From NCBI GenBank assembly GCA_964530085.1, contig CAZGXX010000002.1, forward strand, positions 212,725 through 276,724: a DNA stretch of 64,000 nucleotides, written 5' to 3'. This DNA comes from an uncultured Azospirillum sp. (GTDB taxonomy: Bacteria; Pseudomonadota; Alphaproteobacteria; Rickettsiales; UBA3002). How positions within the stretch are numbered: position 1 is the stretch's first letter; every line of letters begins with the position of its first letter. The position numbers were made by a program, and so were the translations under genes. This document shows positions 9,431-18,022 of the stretch, in pieces. The notes under the pieces are model-generated. The model ran no database searches. It saw only the letters and a program-made list of their open reading frames with translations, and was not told the DNA's origin.

Positions 9431-10294
9431 TTACGCGGCTTCGGCAAGCGGTGTCTCACGCGTGACCACGAGTGCCACACCCAGCATAAGTAGTCCTGTC
9501 AGCACCAGCCAGATAGGCTGCACGCCGCCACCGCCCACAATCATCGAGACGATATCCGCCACCGCTACGGGCGTAAAGCTGAGAGCCGCAAGGCGCATGA
9601 GCGTCTCAAACGTCACTTTTGTTTTCAGAATTTGTGCCAGAATAATGCCACCTACTGCCAGAACCAGCAGCATCACCACACGCTGAAGATAAAACACGAA
9701 CCACATGCCAAGCCACATAAACCCGCCAATGACTGCATAGATCATTACAAAGTTTTCTTTCACCCACGCGACGACATTCTTCACCACATCCTCCGCCATC
9801 GCACGGTTGATAATCAGCGGCGCGCCATCGTTGATATCCTTCACGTCGGCGTAGCTATGAATCTCAGTCTTTTTATCTGTTTTGATAACCAACTCATCCG
9901 CATCAAACAGCATCGGGGCGGGCATATTCTGGTGGGTGGTCGCCCCCGTCGTGTCGATGACTGCGAGCAGAGTATGCTCGTCCTCACCCTCGCCCCAGGC
10001 GACGCTAATTTCATGCGCACGCGGCTCGTTGGTTTGCAGTTTGCCATCTTGCAGCGTCATCACCGGCACCTGCGCGGCGATCTGCAGTAGTATCGCTTCC
10101 ATATTAGGCGTTTTACCATTCTCGGAAGAAAATATGGCCTGATGAAATGAGAACGCCATAAATAACACTAAACACAGGCTCATCAAGCAAACCAGCCACA
10201 AGCTATAAAGCAGCCCATGCCCCTGTTTTGCCCGCATCTCGCGGTAGGTATCGGCGGAATAGAATGCGCCCAGAAACATGCGAAAAAACGACAT
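9431..10294 (-). CDS. polytopic membrane protein (DUF1189-like by recollection)
   Basis: 287 aa. N-terminal TM, a large loop, and 3-4 C-terminal TM helices. Confidence 0.45.
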   Translation of the reverse strand: MSFFRMFLGAFYSADTYREMRAKQGHGLLYSLWLVCLMSLCLVLFMAFSFHQAIFSSENGKTPNMEAILLQIAAQVPVMTLQDGKLQTNEPRAHEISVAWGEGEDEHTLLAVIDTTGATTHQNMPAPMLFDADELVIKTDKKTEIHSYADVKDINDGAPLIINRAMAEDVVKNVVAWVKENFVMIYAVIGGFMWLGMWFVFYLQRVVMLLVLAVGGIILAQILKTKVTFETLMRLAALSFTPVAVADIVSMIVGGGGVQPIWLVLTGLLMLGVALVVTRETPLAEAA

Positions 10295-10303
10295 GACGGC
10301 TCC

Positions 10304-11233
10304 CTAATCTTTGATATAGCGCGAAAGCAGCTGCGGCAGCACATCCTCAATCGCCTGCGGGGCGAGGCCAAGCGCAGCGGTGGTCACATCCCCCTCACCC
10401 GCGATGTTATCGTGCTTGAGGAGCTTCACCTGATCCCGCGTAATCAGCGGCGCGAAGGGCATGAGCTCCAGGAAAAACGCTTTGATGCTCGCCATCCACG
10501 ATGGCACCGGCACCAGCCATGTGCGACGCCCGGTGATGCTTGCCATCAGCTCCAGCATCGCGCGGAAGCTATAGGTTTTTGGCCCGACCACCGCATAGGT
10601 CTGCCCCGCCGTTTCCGGGCGCAGCAGCACTTCGAGCACCGTGCGCGCCACATCCGTCACCAGCACGGGCTGGAATTTCGTGTGCCCACCACCGATGAGC
10701 GGCAGCGCTGGAGAAATCATCGACATCCGCGCGAAGCGTTGGAAGAAACCATCCTCCGGCCCCACGATGAGGGACGGACGCAAAATCGTCGCGGCCGGAA
10801 ATTCCTTCATCACCGCCTCTTCACCGGCGAGTTTGGTGCGGCCATAGCGCGTATCCGTCGCGCGGTTGGCGCCGAGGGCGGAGATATGCACAAACGCTAC
10901 CGCGCCCGCCTTGCGTGCCTCTGCCACGACGGCGCGTGCACCTTCGATATTAATGCGGTCGAACTTCTGCCGCCCGCTTTCATACAGAATACTGACCAGA
11001 TTCACTACCGCCATCGAGCCCACAAACTTCCCAGCAAGCGTCTCAGGCCGCGTAATATCTGCATGCTCAATCGCAATCTGGCCAACCGTCGCACAGGTCT
11101 TCAGGTGCTCCGCGGCGATCGTGTCGCGCACCAGCACGCGAATGCGGTATCCCGCCGTCGCCAGCGCCTTCACCACATGGCGCCCCACAAACCCGGAACC
11201 GCCAACAACCGTTACCAATGGATATTGCTGCAT
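10304..11233 (-). CDS. NAD(P)H-binding SDR-fold protein, complex I NDUFA9-like
   Basis: VTVVGGSGFVGRHVV Rossmann motif right after the Met at 11233. The longer ORF-track start (11371) runs into the tRNA-end duplication and is unlikely. Confidence 0.75.
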   Translation of the reverse strand: MQQYPLVTVVGGSGFVGRHVVKALATAGYRIRVLVRDTIAAEHLKTCATVGQIAIEHADITRPETLAGKFVGSMAVVNLVSILYESGRQKFDRINIEGARAVVAEARKAGAVAFVHISALGANRATDTRYGRTKLAGEEAVMKEFPAATILRPSLIVGPEDGFFQRFARMSMISPALPLIGGGHTKFQPVLVTDVARTVLEVLLRPETAGQTYAVVGPKTYSFRAMLELMASITGRRTWLVPVPSWMASIKAFFLELMPFAPLITRDQVKLLKHDNIAGEGDVTTAALGLAPQAIEDVLPQLLSRYIKD

Positions 11234-11324
11234 ACACCCTCGCTGATTCACTGCTGATGCCATAGCAACGCGCCCTGCCATGTGCAAGAAATTCAACGAT
11301 GTTTGGAGGATTTTGGAGAAGAAT

Positions 11325-11344
11325 TGGTGGCTCGGGGGTGATTT
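11325..11344. repeat. 20-nt perfect direct duplication of the 3-prime end of tRNA-Met (att-like scar)
   Basis: tggtggctcgggggtgattt at 11325-11344 is identical to 11471-11490 (tRNA 3-prime acceptor strand plus part of the T arm). Confidence 0.6.
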
Positions 11345-11441
11345 TTCTCGCGCAAAGGGCGCTCGTGTCATTTCCTAAATTCGCTTTGCTCATTAAGTAA
11401 ATGATGAAGGCTGCCCATTCACAGCCCACAAAACAGCCACT

Positions 11442-11468
11442 AAAAAAGCCCCATGAAGGGGCTTTTTT
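11442..11468 (-). terminator. bidirectional rho-independent terminator hairpin following tRNA-Met
   Basis: aaaaaaGCCCCatgaaGGGGCtttttt. A-run and T-run flank a 5-bp GC stem. Confidence 0.6.
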
Positions 11469-11470
11469 AG

Positions 11471-11545
11471 TGGTGGCTCGGGGGTGATTTGAACACCCGA
11501 CCAAGGGATTATGATTCCCCTGCTCTACCACTGAGCTACCGAGCC
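11471..11545 (-). tRNA. tRNA-Met (anticodon CAT). Elongator type or possibly lysidine-modified tRNA-Ile2, not initiator.
   Basis: Manual cloverleaf: GGCTCGG-TA-GCTC-AGTGGTA-GAGC-A-GGGGA-ATCATAA-TCCCT-TGGTC-GGGTG-TTCAAAT-CACCC-CCGAGCC-A-CCA. The 1:72 position is a G-C pair, so it is not an initiator. Confidence 0.9.
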
Positions 11546-11602
11546 GCCCGAGGTCGTAAGGCCGCGCACCTTAGCCAAAATCATTGGCGTGTCAAGGGGG
11601 CT

Positions 11603-12025
11603 TCAGGCGAGTTGGAGCGATTCGAGCGCGGAACGCAGGTCGTAAATAAAACGCCGGGCTTCTTCGTCCTTATAGGCTTCGGAGGCTGCGCCCCAAACGG
11701 GGTTAGGCCATGCCTTATCGCCCTGATAGCGCGCGATGAGGTGGATATGCAGCTGCGGCACCTGATTACCGAGCGCGCCGATATTCAGCTTGTCCGGCGT
11801 CACCAACGCCTGAAAAATATGCGAGACGACAGCGATTTCGTCGCTCAGCTGGTGCTGCTGCTCGCGGCTTAGATCAATCCATTCGCGCGCACCAGCTACC
11901 TGCGGCACCAGCAGCACCCACGGAAAAAGCTTGTTATCCATCAGCCGCACGCTACACAAAGGAAGGTCGGTAACGGGGAACGAATCCCTCGCCAGACGCT
12001 CGTGTAACTGAAACCCTGTTCCCAT
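11603..12025 (-). CDS. HIT (histidine triad) family protein
   Basis: Histidine triad QLHIHLIAR. The ATG at 12025 abuts the divergent ATG at 12026 (CATATG). Confidence 0.8.
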   Translation of the reverse strand: MGTGFQLHERLARDSFPVTDLPLCSVRLMDNKLFPWVLLVPQVAGAREWIDLSREQQHQLSDEIAVVSHIFQALVTPDKLNIGALGNQVPQLHIHLIARYQGDKAWPNPVWGAASEAYKDEEARRFIYDLRSALESLQLA

Positions 12026-12574
12026 ATGCAACACCTTACTCTCAAGGAGAGCCTGAAAAAAATCGCCGGGGGCCGCGCCCCCTGGGTGTATGTGTATGTG
12101 GTGTTGATTCCGCTCGTCAACTGGTCATTCGCGAATGTGCCGAGTTACCCCTTTATGGGCGGCGAATGGAACCCGATGGTGATCGTAACCGGGCTGATTC
12201 TTGTGGTGCGCGATTTAGCGCAACGCGAGGTGGGGCACACAATTCTGCTGCCACTTTGCGTGGGGATTTTCATCTCCTTCATCATGGCGCCGCCGCAAAT
12301 CGCTGCCGCGAGCGCCATTGCTTTTGCCATCAGCGAATCCATCGACTGGGCGATTTTCACCTTCACCAAGCGTCCGCTTTCCGGAAGGATTCTTTGGTCG
12401 TGCGGAGCTTCTGCGCCAGTGGATTCGCTGGTATTTCTGCTGGGTGCCAATATGGCTGTGCCCGGATTATTCTCTTGGGCAACGCTCATTCTCTCCGTCA
12501 TCAGCAAACTGAGCGGGGCCTATGTGGTTTACCGGATGCTCAAGCGCCGCGAACGACAGGCGCTGGCGTCTTAG
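12026..12574 (+). CDS. VUT-family (YhhQ-like) membrane protein, possible queuosine-precursor transporter
   Basis: 182 aa, 5-6 TM. VVRDLAQREVG and VDSLVFLLGA resemble the conserved D..E..G and D..vF motifs of the VUT/DUF165 family (from recollection). Confidence 0.5.
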   Translation: MQHLTLKESLKKIAGGRAPWVYVYVVLIPLVNWSFANVPSYPFMGGEWNPMVIVTGLILVVRDLAQREVGHTILLPLCVGIFISFIMAPPQIAAASAIAFAISESIDWAIFTFTKRPLSGRILWSCGASAPVDSLVFLLGANMAVPGLFSWATLILSVISKLSGAYVVYRMLKRRERQALAS

Positions 12575-13367
12575 AGACCAGCCGCTGCAACACATAAATC
12601 AGTACCAGCACCGAAGCGTAAACAATCATTTGTAGCGCGCTAGGCTGTGCCGTATAGCCCACCAGCGTATGCAAAATTTTTCCAAGAATACTGCTGTCCG
12701 ATACAATGGCCGAGCTGTTCCAGAGTGTCTGATTGAGCGCCGTCACCACCTGCGCCTGCTGTAGATAAAGCGCTGCTTGCGAAGCCATCCCCGCCGCGAG
12801 CAACGCAATCAGCCAGCTTGTCGCCTGAAAGAAATAGCGCACCGGAATTTTGAGCAGGCCCTGATACATCAGCGCAGCGATCATCACCCCCGCACCGAGC
12901 CCTAGCCCACCACCAATCAGCATCGTGTGATGGCTATCATTGCCGGAAGCCGCGATTCCATAAAGGAACAGCACCGTCTCAGCACCCTCGCGCAGCACCG
13001 CCGTGCCTACCACCAGCGCCAGCGCGAATAGGGGGCGATGCCCGGCAGCGACTTCTGCGCCGACAGTTTTCATTTCCGCAGCCATCTCGCGCCCATGCCG
13101 CGCCATCCAGACGATATGCCAGATCAACATCGCCACCGCGAGGCTCAGAATCGCTACATTGAGCATCTCCTGCCCCATGCCCTCAAGTGAACTGCTGATT
13201 GTATCCGTAAACAGTGCAAGAATACAGGCGCCGATGACACCAGCCAGAATCCCTGCCCCGACAAAGCGGTTGCGCCCCAGCACACCGCGCGTAGCAGCGA
13301 GCACAATGCCAACCACTAACCCAGCCTCGATGGTTTCACGAAAGACGATAATCAGGGATGCGAGCAT
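12540..13367 (-). CDS. FTR1-family high-affinity iron permease
   Basis: Two REXXE motifs (RETIEAG, REGAETV) in a 7-TM protein. Confidence 0.85.
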   Translation of the reverse strand: MLASLIIVFRETIEAGLVVGIVLAATRGVLGRNRFVGAGILAGVIGACILALFTDTISSSLEGMGQEMLNVAILSLAVAMLIWHIVWMARHGREMAAEMKTVGAEVAAGHRPLFALALVVGTAVLREGAETVLFLYGIAASGNDSHHTMLIGGGLGLGAGVMIAALMYQGLLKIPVRYFFQATSWLIALLAAGMASQAALYLQQAQVVTALNQTLWNSSAIVSDSSILGKILHTLVGYTAQPSALQMIVYASVLVLIYVLQRLVSKTPAPVVRGA

Positions 13368-13400
13368 GAGGAGCTTTCTGTTGAGGATGCGGCAGCGATA

Positions 13401-14150
13401 TTAGAAATACAGCTCATATTCAAGGAAGAGTCGCGCAGCGCCATCTTCTGCCGCGTCTGAGACACCAACGAGATATGCAGCCTCATACTTGACACCCGGC
13501 GCAAGTTCGCCATAGAGCGCTGGCCCCACAAAATGCGACTGCTCATTGAAGCTATGGTGATCCGACGCACGACCAAAATCTGACTGCCATTCCACACCAG
13601 GTTCCACATATTTGTTATAACGATAACGCGAGCCCCATAGCGCACTGCGCTCAAACCCATCCGCCGAGTCTGCGCCGACTTCATGCTCTGCGACAAGATT
13701 TAACCTATGGAGGAATTTGCCATAGCCTTTTTCAAGCAACAGCTTCGCTTCAACTACATCTGCATTACCGTCTTTCAGTGCATGCGCATAGGCGAGCTGA
13801 AGGCCGGAATCGAGCCAATATTCGCCTTGCTCAAAGAACTGGAACACGCTTGCCGCCTCGATCTCATCGAGCTTCAGGCTTTCGTCTGGCGCTTTGGTGA
13901 ATTTACCTTCCAGCTCCACTTTCATGCGATCTGTAAGACCATATTCTACTTCCATTTTATGCGCCTGATTATTGTCCTTTGTCCGATCGTCATCAAACGT
14001 AGTGGAACCTTGATATTCTAACTCCAACTCCCCCTTATGCACGTTCGGTGAAATAATGCGGCTGATGGCAAATGCCGGAGTAGAAATAAGCGCTAACGCT
14101 ATAGCAGCAGCACACACGCCGCGCAGCGAGCGGTTAAGCAAAAAGGACAT
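13401..14150 (-). CDS. predicted outer-membrane beta-barrel protein of the iron-uptake operon
   Basis: Signal peptide (AFA-IS), alternating amphipathic strands, C-terminal ...LEYELYF ending in an aromatic residue. Confidence 0.6.
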   Translation of the reverse strand: MSFLLNRSLRGVCAAAIALALISTPAFAISRIISPNVHKGELELEYQGSTTFDDDRTKDNNQAHKMEVEYGLTDRMKVELEGKFTKAPDESLKLDEIEAASVFQFFEQGEYWLDSGLQLAYAHALKDGNADVVEAKLLLEKGYGKFLHRLNLVAEHEVGADSADGFERSALWGSRYRYNKYVEPGVEWQSDFGRASDHHSFNEQSHFVGPALYGELAPGVKYEAAYLVGVSDAAEDGAARLFLEYELYF

Positions 14151-14176
14151 AGAGACTCCTGAAATAAAAATGGGCG

Positions 14177-14500
14177 TTATTTAACGATGAGGGTGCCTTT
14201 GGTGGTCGCCTCGTTGAATTCATCGAAGAATGCATAGCGACCAGGCTCTAGTGGACCAACGAAAACCACACCTTCGCCATTGCCTTTGATAATTTTTTCA
14301 CGGTTGAGGTCGTGGCTTTCAAACTCCGCCGGGGTTGGGTCCATATTCTTGATGACAATCTTCACCTTCTGTCCCGCCGAAATAGTCAGCTCCTTCGGCG
14401 AGAACTGATGGTTCTTCAGCGTCAGCACTTGCTCTTCTGCCGCCGCTGCGCCAGTCGCCACGAGCATCAGCAGCGATGCTATAATCAATTCTTTTCTCAT
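14177..14500 (-). CDS. cupredoxin-like periplasmic protein (FtrB-like)
   Basis: Signal peptide MRKELIIASLLMLVATGAAAA. Single cupredoxin-like domain (KIVIKNMDPTPAEFESHDL...GRYAFFDEF). GGAGGAAGTA Shine-Dalgarno before the ATG at 14500. Confidence 0.7.
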   Translation of the reverse strand: MRKELIIASLLMLVATGAAAAEEQVLTLKNHQFSPKELTISAGQKVKIVIKNMDPTPAEFESHDLNREKIIKGNGEGVVFVGPLEPGRYAFFDEFNEATTKGTLIVK

Positions 14501-14522
14501 TACTTCCTCCCTCTCATTTAAA

Positions 14523-14567
14523 TTGAGAATGATTTTCAACTGCAGCCAGTTAGTAATAATCATTCGC
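14523..14567 (-). promoter_or_regulatory. tandem Fur-box-like operators upstream of the cupredoxin/OMP/FTR1 operon
   Basis: ttgagaatgattttcaa (palindromic, 14523-14539) and gttagtaataatcattcgc (14549-14567). The second matches GATAATGATAATCATTATC at 14 of 19 positions. Confidence 0.5.
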
Positions 14568-14611
14568 AACAAGGTCAAGCGGAATTATAAAAGAAAATAA
14601 CGATCGTATAT

Positions 14612-15226
14612 TTACAATGATGAATGCTTGTTCCGCGTACGAGCAACTCGACCTTCTTGCACTGCTTCTTTCAGAAAAATATTCAGCTCCGGGCAATCCT
14701 TGCGCGCATCATAGCGCACGTCGTTCATAAACGCCGCAGGCTCACCAAGAGCACGAAGCAGCTCTCCGCGGGTTATGCGCACATCCAGCCCTGCATCGAC
14801 CAGCATCCATGCGATATCAAGCAACCGCTCCTTGCGCTGCTCTGGAGTCACTGGGTGCACAACATACCTGACAGGTTCAACATACCCATCCAGCAAAGGA
14901 TATGATGTTTCTTTAGATACGTTTTTCTTTGCAGCAACCAACTTCTCTGCCTCTGCAATATCCTTCTTCAGCGCGTCTTCTTTAGCCTCTTTCTTCACCA
15001 ATGGCTGCTTTGTATAGGTCGCTGCAAATGATTCTTTGCGATAGCCTGCTAATACTTCCACAAACAGCATTGGCCCATCGCGGGCTATATCCGGCGCCAC
15101 ATGATAAAGCGTTTTACCATGATGAAAATAATCATACAGCGTTTGGTAATCACCAGCATACGCCGCATCGTGCACCGCCTTAGGTAAACGATGTGCTTTT
15201 TTCAATTGTTCATTTTTGTCCGTCAT
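14612..15226 (-). CDS. hypothetical protein (~204 aa) with weak ankyrin-like segments
   Basis: AT-richer ORF. KAVHDAAYAGDYQTLYDYFHHG and RLLDIAWMLVDAGLDV resemble ankyrin helices. The start at 15226 has a GGAGAG SD. No signal peptide and a basic C-terminus. Confidence 0.55.
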   Translation of the reverse strand: MTDKNEQLKKAHRLPKAVHDAAYAGDYQTLYDYFHHGKTLYHVAPDIARDGPMLFVEVLAGYRKESFAATYTKQPLVKKEAKEDALKKDIAEAEKLVAAKKNVSKETSYPLLDGYVEPVRYVVHPVTPEQRKERLLDIAWMLVDAGLDVRITRGELLRALGEPAAFMNDVRYDARKDCPELNIFLKEAVQEGRVARTRNKHSSL

Positions 15227-15244
15227 AACACTCTCCATGCGGCA

Positions 15245-15290
15245 GCTATACCCTACTCAGCCACATCTGTGCATGACAGTTTTATGACAA
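15245..15290 (-). promoter_or_regulatory. Pho-box-like direct repeat promoter (class II, 22-nt gap)
   Basis: Gene-strand reading: TTGTCAT-AAAA-CTGTCAT, 22 nt, TATAGC. The repeat matches the E. coli Pho box half-site consensus at every position except the first base (T for C). Confidence 0.55.
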
Positions 15291-15294
15291 TTAC

Positions 15295-16602
15295 CTAGCC
15301 GAACACCCGGGCGAAAATGGTGTCCACATGTTTGGTGTGGTAGGTGAGATCAAACAGCGCGCAAAGCTCATCCGTGCTGAGATGGTTGCCAATTTCCTCG
15401 TCCTTTTTCAGTTCGTGAAGAAAGTTAGCCTTCTCTAGCCAGACCTTCATCGCATTACGCTGCACAGCGGCGTAGGACGCTTCACGGCTCATGCCTTTCT
15501 GGGTGAGCGCGAGCAGAATGCGCTGGCTGAAAATGAGACCGCCAAGCTTGTCGAGATTCGCCTGCACATGCGCGGGGTAAATCACCAGCTTCTCAACGAG
15601 TCCCGCGAGGCGATGCAGCGCGAAATCGAGCGTAATCGTCGCATCCGGCGCAATCATCCGCTCCACCGAGCTATGTGAAATATCACGTTCGTGCCACAGC
15701 GCCACATTCTCGAGCGCAGGGGTTACAAAGCCGCGCACAATCCGCGCTAGACCGGTGAGGTTCTCGCTCAGCACCGGGTTGCGCTTATGCGGCATAGCGC
15801 TACTGCCCTTTTGCCCGGCGCTAAAAAATTCTTCCGCCTCCAGCACTTCCGTACGCTGCAAATGACGAATTTCGGTCGCGATATTCTCGATGCTCGAAGC
15901 AATCACACCCAGTGTCGCAAAGAACATCGCATGGCGGTCACGCGGAATCACCTGCGTGCTCACCGGCTCCACCGCCAGCCCCATCTTCGCCGCCACATGC
16001 TCTTCCACGCGCGGGTCAACATTCGCAAACGTGCCCACCGCACCGGAAATGGCGCAAGTCGCAATTTCTTTTCTGGCATTGATCAGGCGAAGCCTGTTAC
16101 GCGCAAACTCTGCATAAAACCGTGCGAATTTCAGGCCGATCGTCACCGGCTCGGCATGTATGCCGTGGCTGCGCCCCATGCACACCATGTCTTTCGTCTC
16201 AAGCGCGCGCGTCTTCAGCGCCGCCAGCACGCGGTCTAGCCCCGCCAACAGCATATCGCTCGCCCGCGCGAGCTGTACGGCCAGTGCGGTGTCGAGCACG
16301 TCGGAACTGGTCATTCCCTGATGCAGGAAGCGCGCCTCCTCCCCCACTTGTTCGGTGACATAGGTTAGAAACGCAATCACATCATGCTTGGTGGTTGCCT
16401 CAATTTCATCGATCCGCGCGATGGCCTTGTCGTCATAGGCCTTCGGCGCCTTTACCCAGATGGTTTGTGCCGCCGCTTTGGGGATGACCCCAAGCTCCGC
16501 CATCGCATCCGCCGCGTGCGCTTCGATATCAAACCAGATTTGAAACCGCGTGGCGGGCTGCCATAGCGCAACCATCTCAGGGCGTGAATAACGGGGGATC
16601 AT
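15295..16602 (-). CDS. purB: adenylosuccinate lyase
   Basis: 435 aa. MIPRYSRPEM start and fumarate-lyase signature GSSAMPHKRNP. Confidence 0.92.
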   Translation of the reverse strand: MIPRYSRPEMVALWQPATRFQIWFDIEAHAADAMAELGVIPKAAAQTIWVKAPKAYDDKAIARIDEIEATTKHDVIAFLTYVTEQVGEEARFLHQGMTSSDVLDTALAVQLARASDMLLAGLDRVLAALKTRALETKDMVCMGRSHGIHAEPVTIGLKFARFYAEFARNRLRLINARKEIATCAISGAVGTFANVDPRVEEHVAAKMGLAVEPVSTQVIPRDRHAMFFATLGVIASSIENIATEIRHLQRTEVLEAEEFFSAGQKGSSAMPHKRNPVLSENLTGLARIVRGFVTPALENVALWHERDISHSSVERMIAPDATITLDFALHRLAGLVEKLVIYPAHVQANLDKLGGLIFSQRILLALTQKGMSREASYAAVQRNAMKVWLEKANFLHELKKDEEIGNHLSTDELCALFDLTYHTKHVDTIFARVFG

Positions 16603-16673
16603 GGGGGCTCCTATCGGGCAATGAAGCCCGCATCATAGCGGCCAACGCTCAGGCATCAATGGGAAAAGCGAAC

Positions 16674-18002
16674 CTAGCTTTTGCTTTTGGAAGAAGACGG
16701 CTTGCTGCTAGGTGCATTATGACCGCCGTGGTCGTGCACATCTGCCGAAGGGAACATGCCCTTACGATCTGTAAGCCCCGCATAATCATGGCCATGCGAA
16801 TGATTGCCTTTACACGTTGCACCCTTATCCAAAGTAATACCTGCAATTTTTGGCTTCATAGGATGACGGTCTTCATCCCGCACTTCAAAATGCAGGTGCC
16901 GCGCCATATTCTTGATGGTACTTGTATTCCCAATAATACCGATCTTCTGGCCTTGAAGCACTTCCGTGCCTTCTTGCGGAAACGCGCTACCATCTTTCAT
17001 GTGCATGTACGAGGTAAACGTGCCATCCGCATGAGCAATGATTACCGTATTCCCAGCCGTTCCAAACTTACCCGAAACAATAACAATCCCACTCGCGGCA
17101 GCCAGAACGTCGCCCACTGCAGCGATATCAGCCCCCTCGTGCCATTTGCTTGCGCCTTTAATGCCTGTGTTGCGTGGCCCTACTCCCGAACGAATACCAG
17201 CATTCATCGTAATAGGACTATGGAACTCTACTTTTTCTCCTTTGTGCGCCGCCATGTAATCCAAACGTTTTTGTTCGGCCTGATCGCTGACGCTGATTTT
17301 TCCTATTTTCCCTGCACCCTTAAAGGTCTTGTTTTTATCCGCTGGCGTAGATGGCGCCGTATTGGTTTGCGCATCATCGCCATCCACCCCTTTATCCAAA
17401 TTATTTCCAAAAATGAGAGCGATGAGCGCTGATAACAGGCTGCTAAAAACATCACCTAAAGAACCAAAAATCTTCTGGAAGAAATTTGGTTCATCTTTCG
17501 TTGATGCAGGAGTTTCTTCCTGATGCTCGCCTTCCTCATGCGTATTGGTTTGTGGTGCCGATTGTTGTTTGGTGGGTGCAGTAGACTGCTTCTTGCCTGT
17601 TGCTATATTCTTCACTTTGGTAAATGCGTTTTGCGCCCAATCAGGCATCCACTTACCAACTCCTTGCCCATCATAAGTGCCCTTTTTACCCCAAATAGTT
17701 TGTTGCTTATGGCCATAATCGATATGCAGCGCGCCTGTTGACTTAGCTCCGCGCATATAAACACCAAAACCAGTCGCACCAGACATTAGAAACTCTTCAA
17801 TCACACGCTGCTTCTGAGAATCTTTTAAATGTCCAATTCCATAATCAATCGCATCTCCGTGGAGATGGCGCGAGTCAGGCGCACCGCCAACCTCTTTGTT
17901 ATGTTCATGGTCGCGATCCGTACAGTTGACGCGCAAAACGATACCTTCGCTGCGAAGCTTATCCGCCACTTCTTTGAATTTTTGCTCTGCATCACGTTGC
18001 AT
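16674..18002 (-). CDS. two-domain peptidoglycan hydrolase: N-terminal M15 (LAS, DD/LD-peptidase-like) plus C-terminal M23 endopeptidase, no signal peptide
   Basis: M15 motifs: RDHEHNKEVGGAPDSRHLHGDAID and ALHID. M23 motifs: WHEGADIA, NTVIIAHADGTFTSYMHM, RHLHFEV. A hydrophobic helix sits in the low-complexity linker. The C-terminal tail is His-rich and basic. ATG at 18002 has an AAGGA SD. Confidence 0.8.
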   Translation of the reverse strand: MQRDAEQKFKEVADKLRSEGIVLRVNCTDRDHEHNKEVGGAPDSRHLHGDAIDYGIGHLKDSQKQRVIEEFLMSGATGFGVYMRGAKSTGALHIDYGHKQQTIWGKKGTYDGQGVGKWMPDWAQNAFTKVKNIATGKKQSTAPTKQQSAPQTNTHEEGEHQEETPASTKDEPNFFQKIFGSLGDVFSSLLSALIALIFGNNLDKGVDGDDAQTNTAPSTPADKNKTFKGAGKIGKISVSDQAEQKRLDYMAAHKGEKVEFHSPITMNAGIRSGVGPRNTGIKGASKWHEGADIAAVGDVLAAASGIVIVSGKFGTAGNTVIIAHADGTFTSYMHMKDGSAFPQEGTEVLQGQKIGIIGNTSTIKNMARHLHFEVRDEDRHPMKPKIAGITLDKGATCKGNHSHGHDYAGLTDRKGMFPSADVHDHGGHNAPSSKPSSSKSKS

Positions 18003-18022
18003 GATCAATCCTTACACTACCG

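Noticed and set aside
11067-11531. 154-aa ORF spanning the tRNA-Met gene and its terminator.
   Set aside because: It overlaps a well-folded tRNA and a terminator hairpin and has no coding features.
12540-12574. 35-nt convergent overlap between the VUT-family gene and the FTR1 permease gene, considered as a possible frameshift or annotation error.
   Set aside because: Both ORFs are intact and end in plausible hydrophilic tails. Short convergent overlaps occur naturally, and nothing in the sequence indicates a frameshift.
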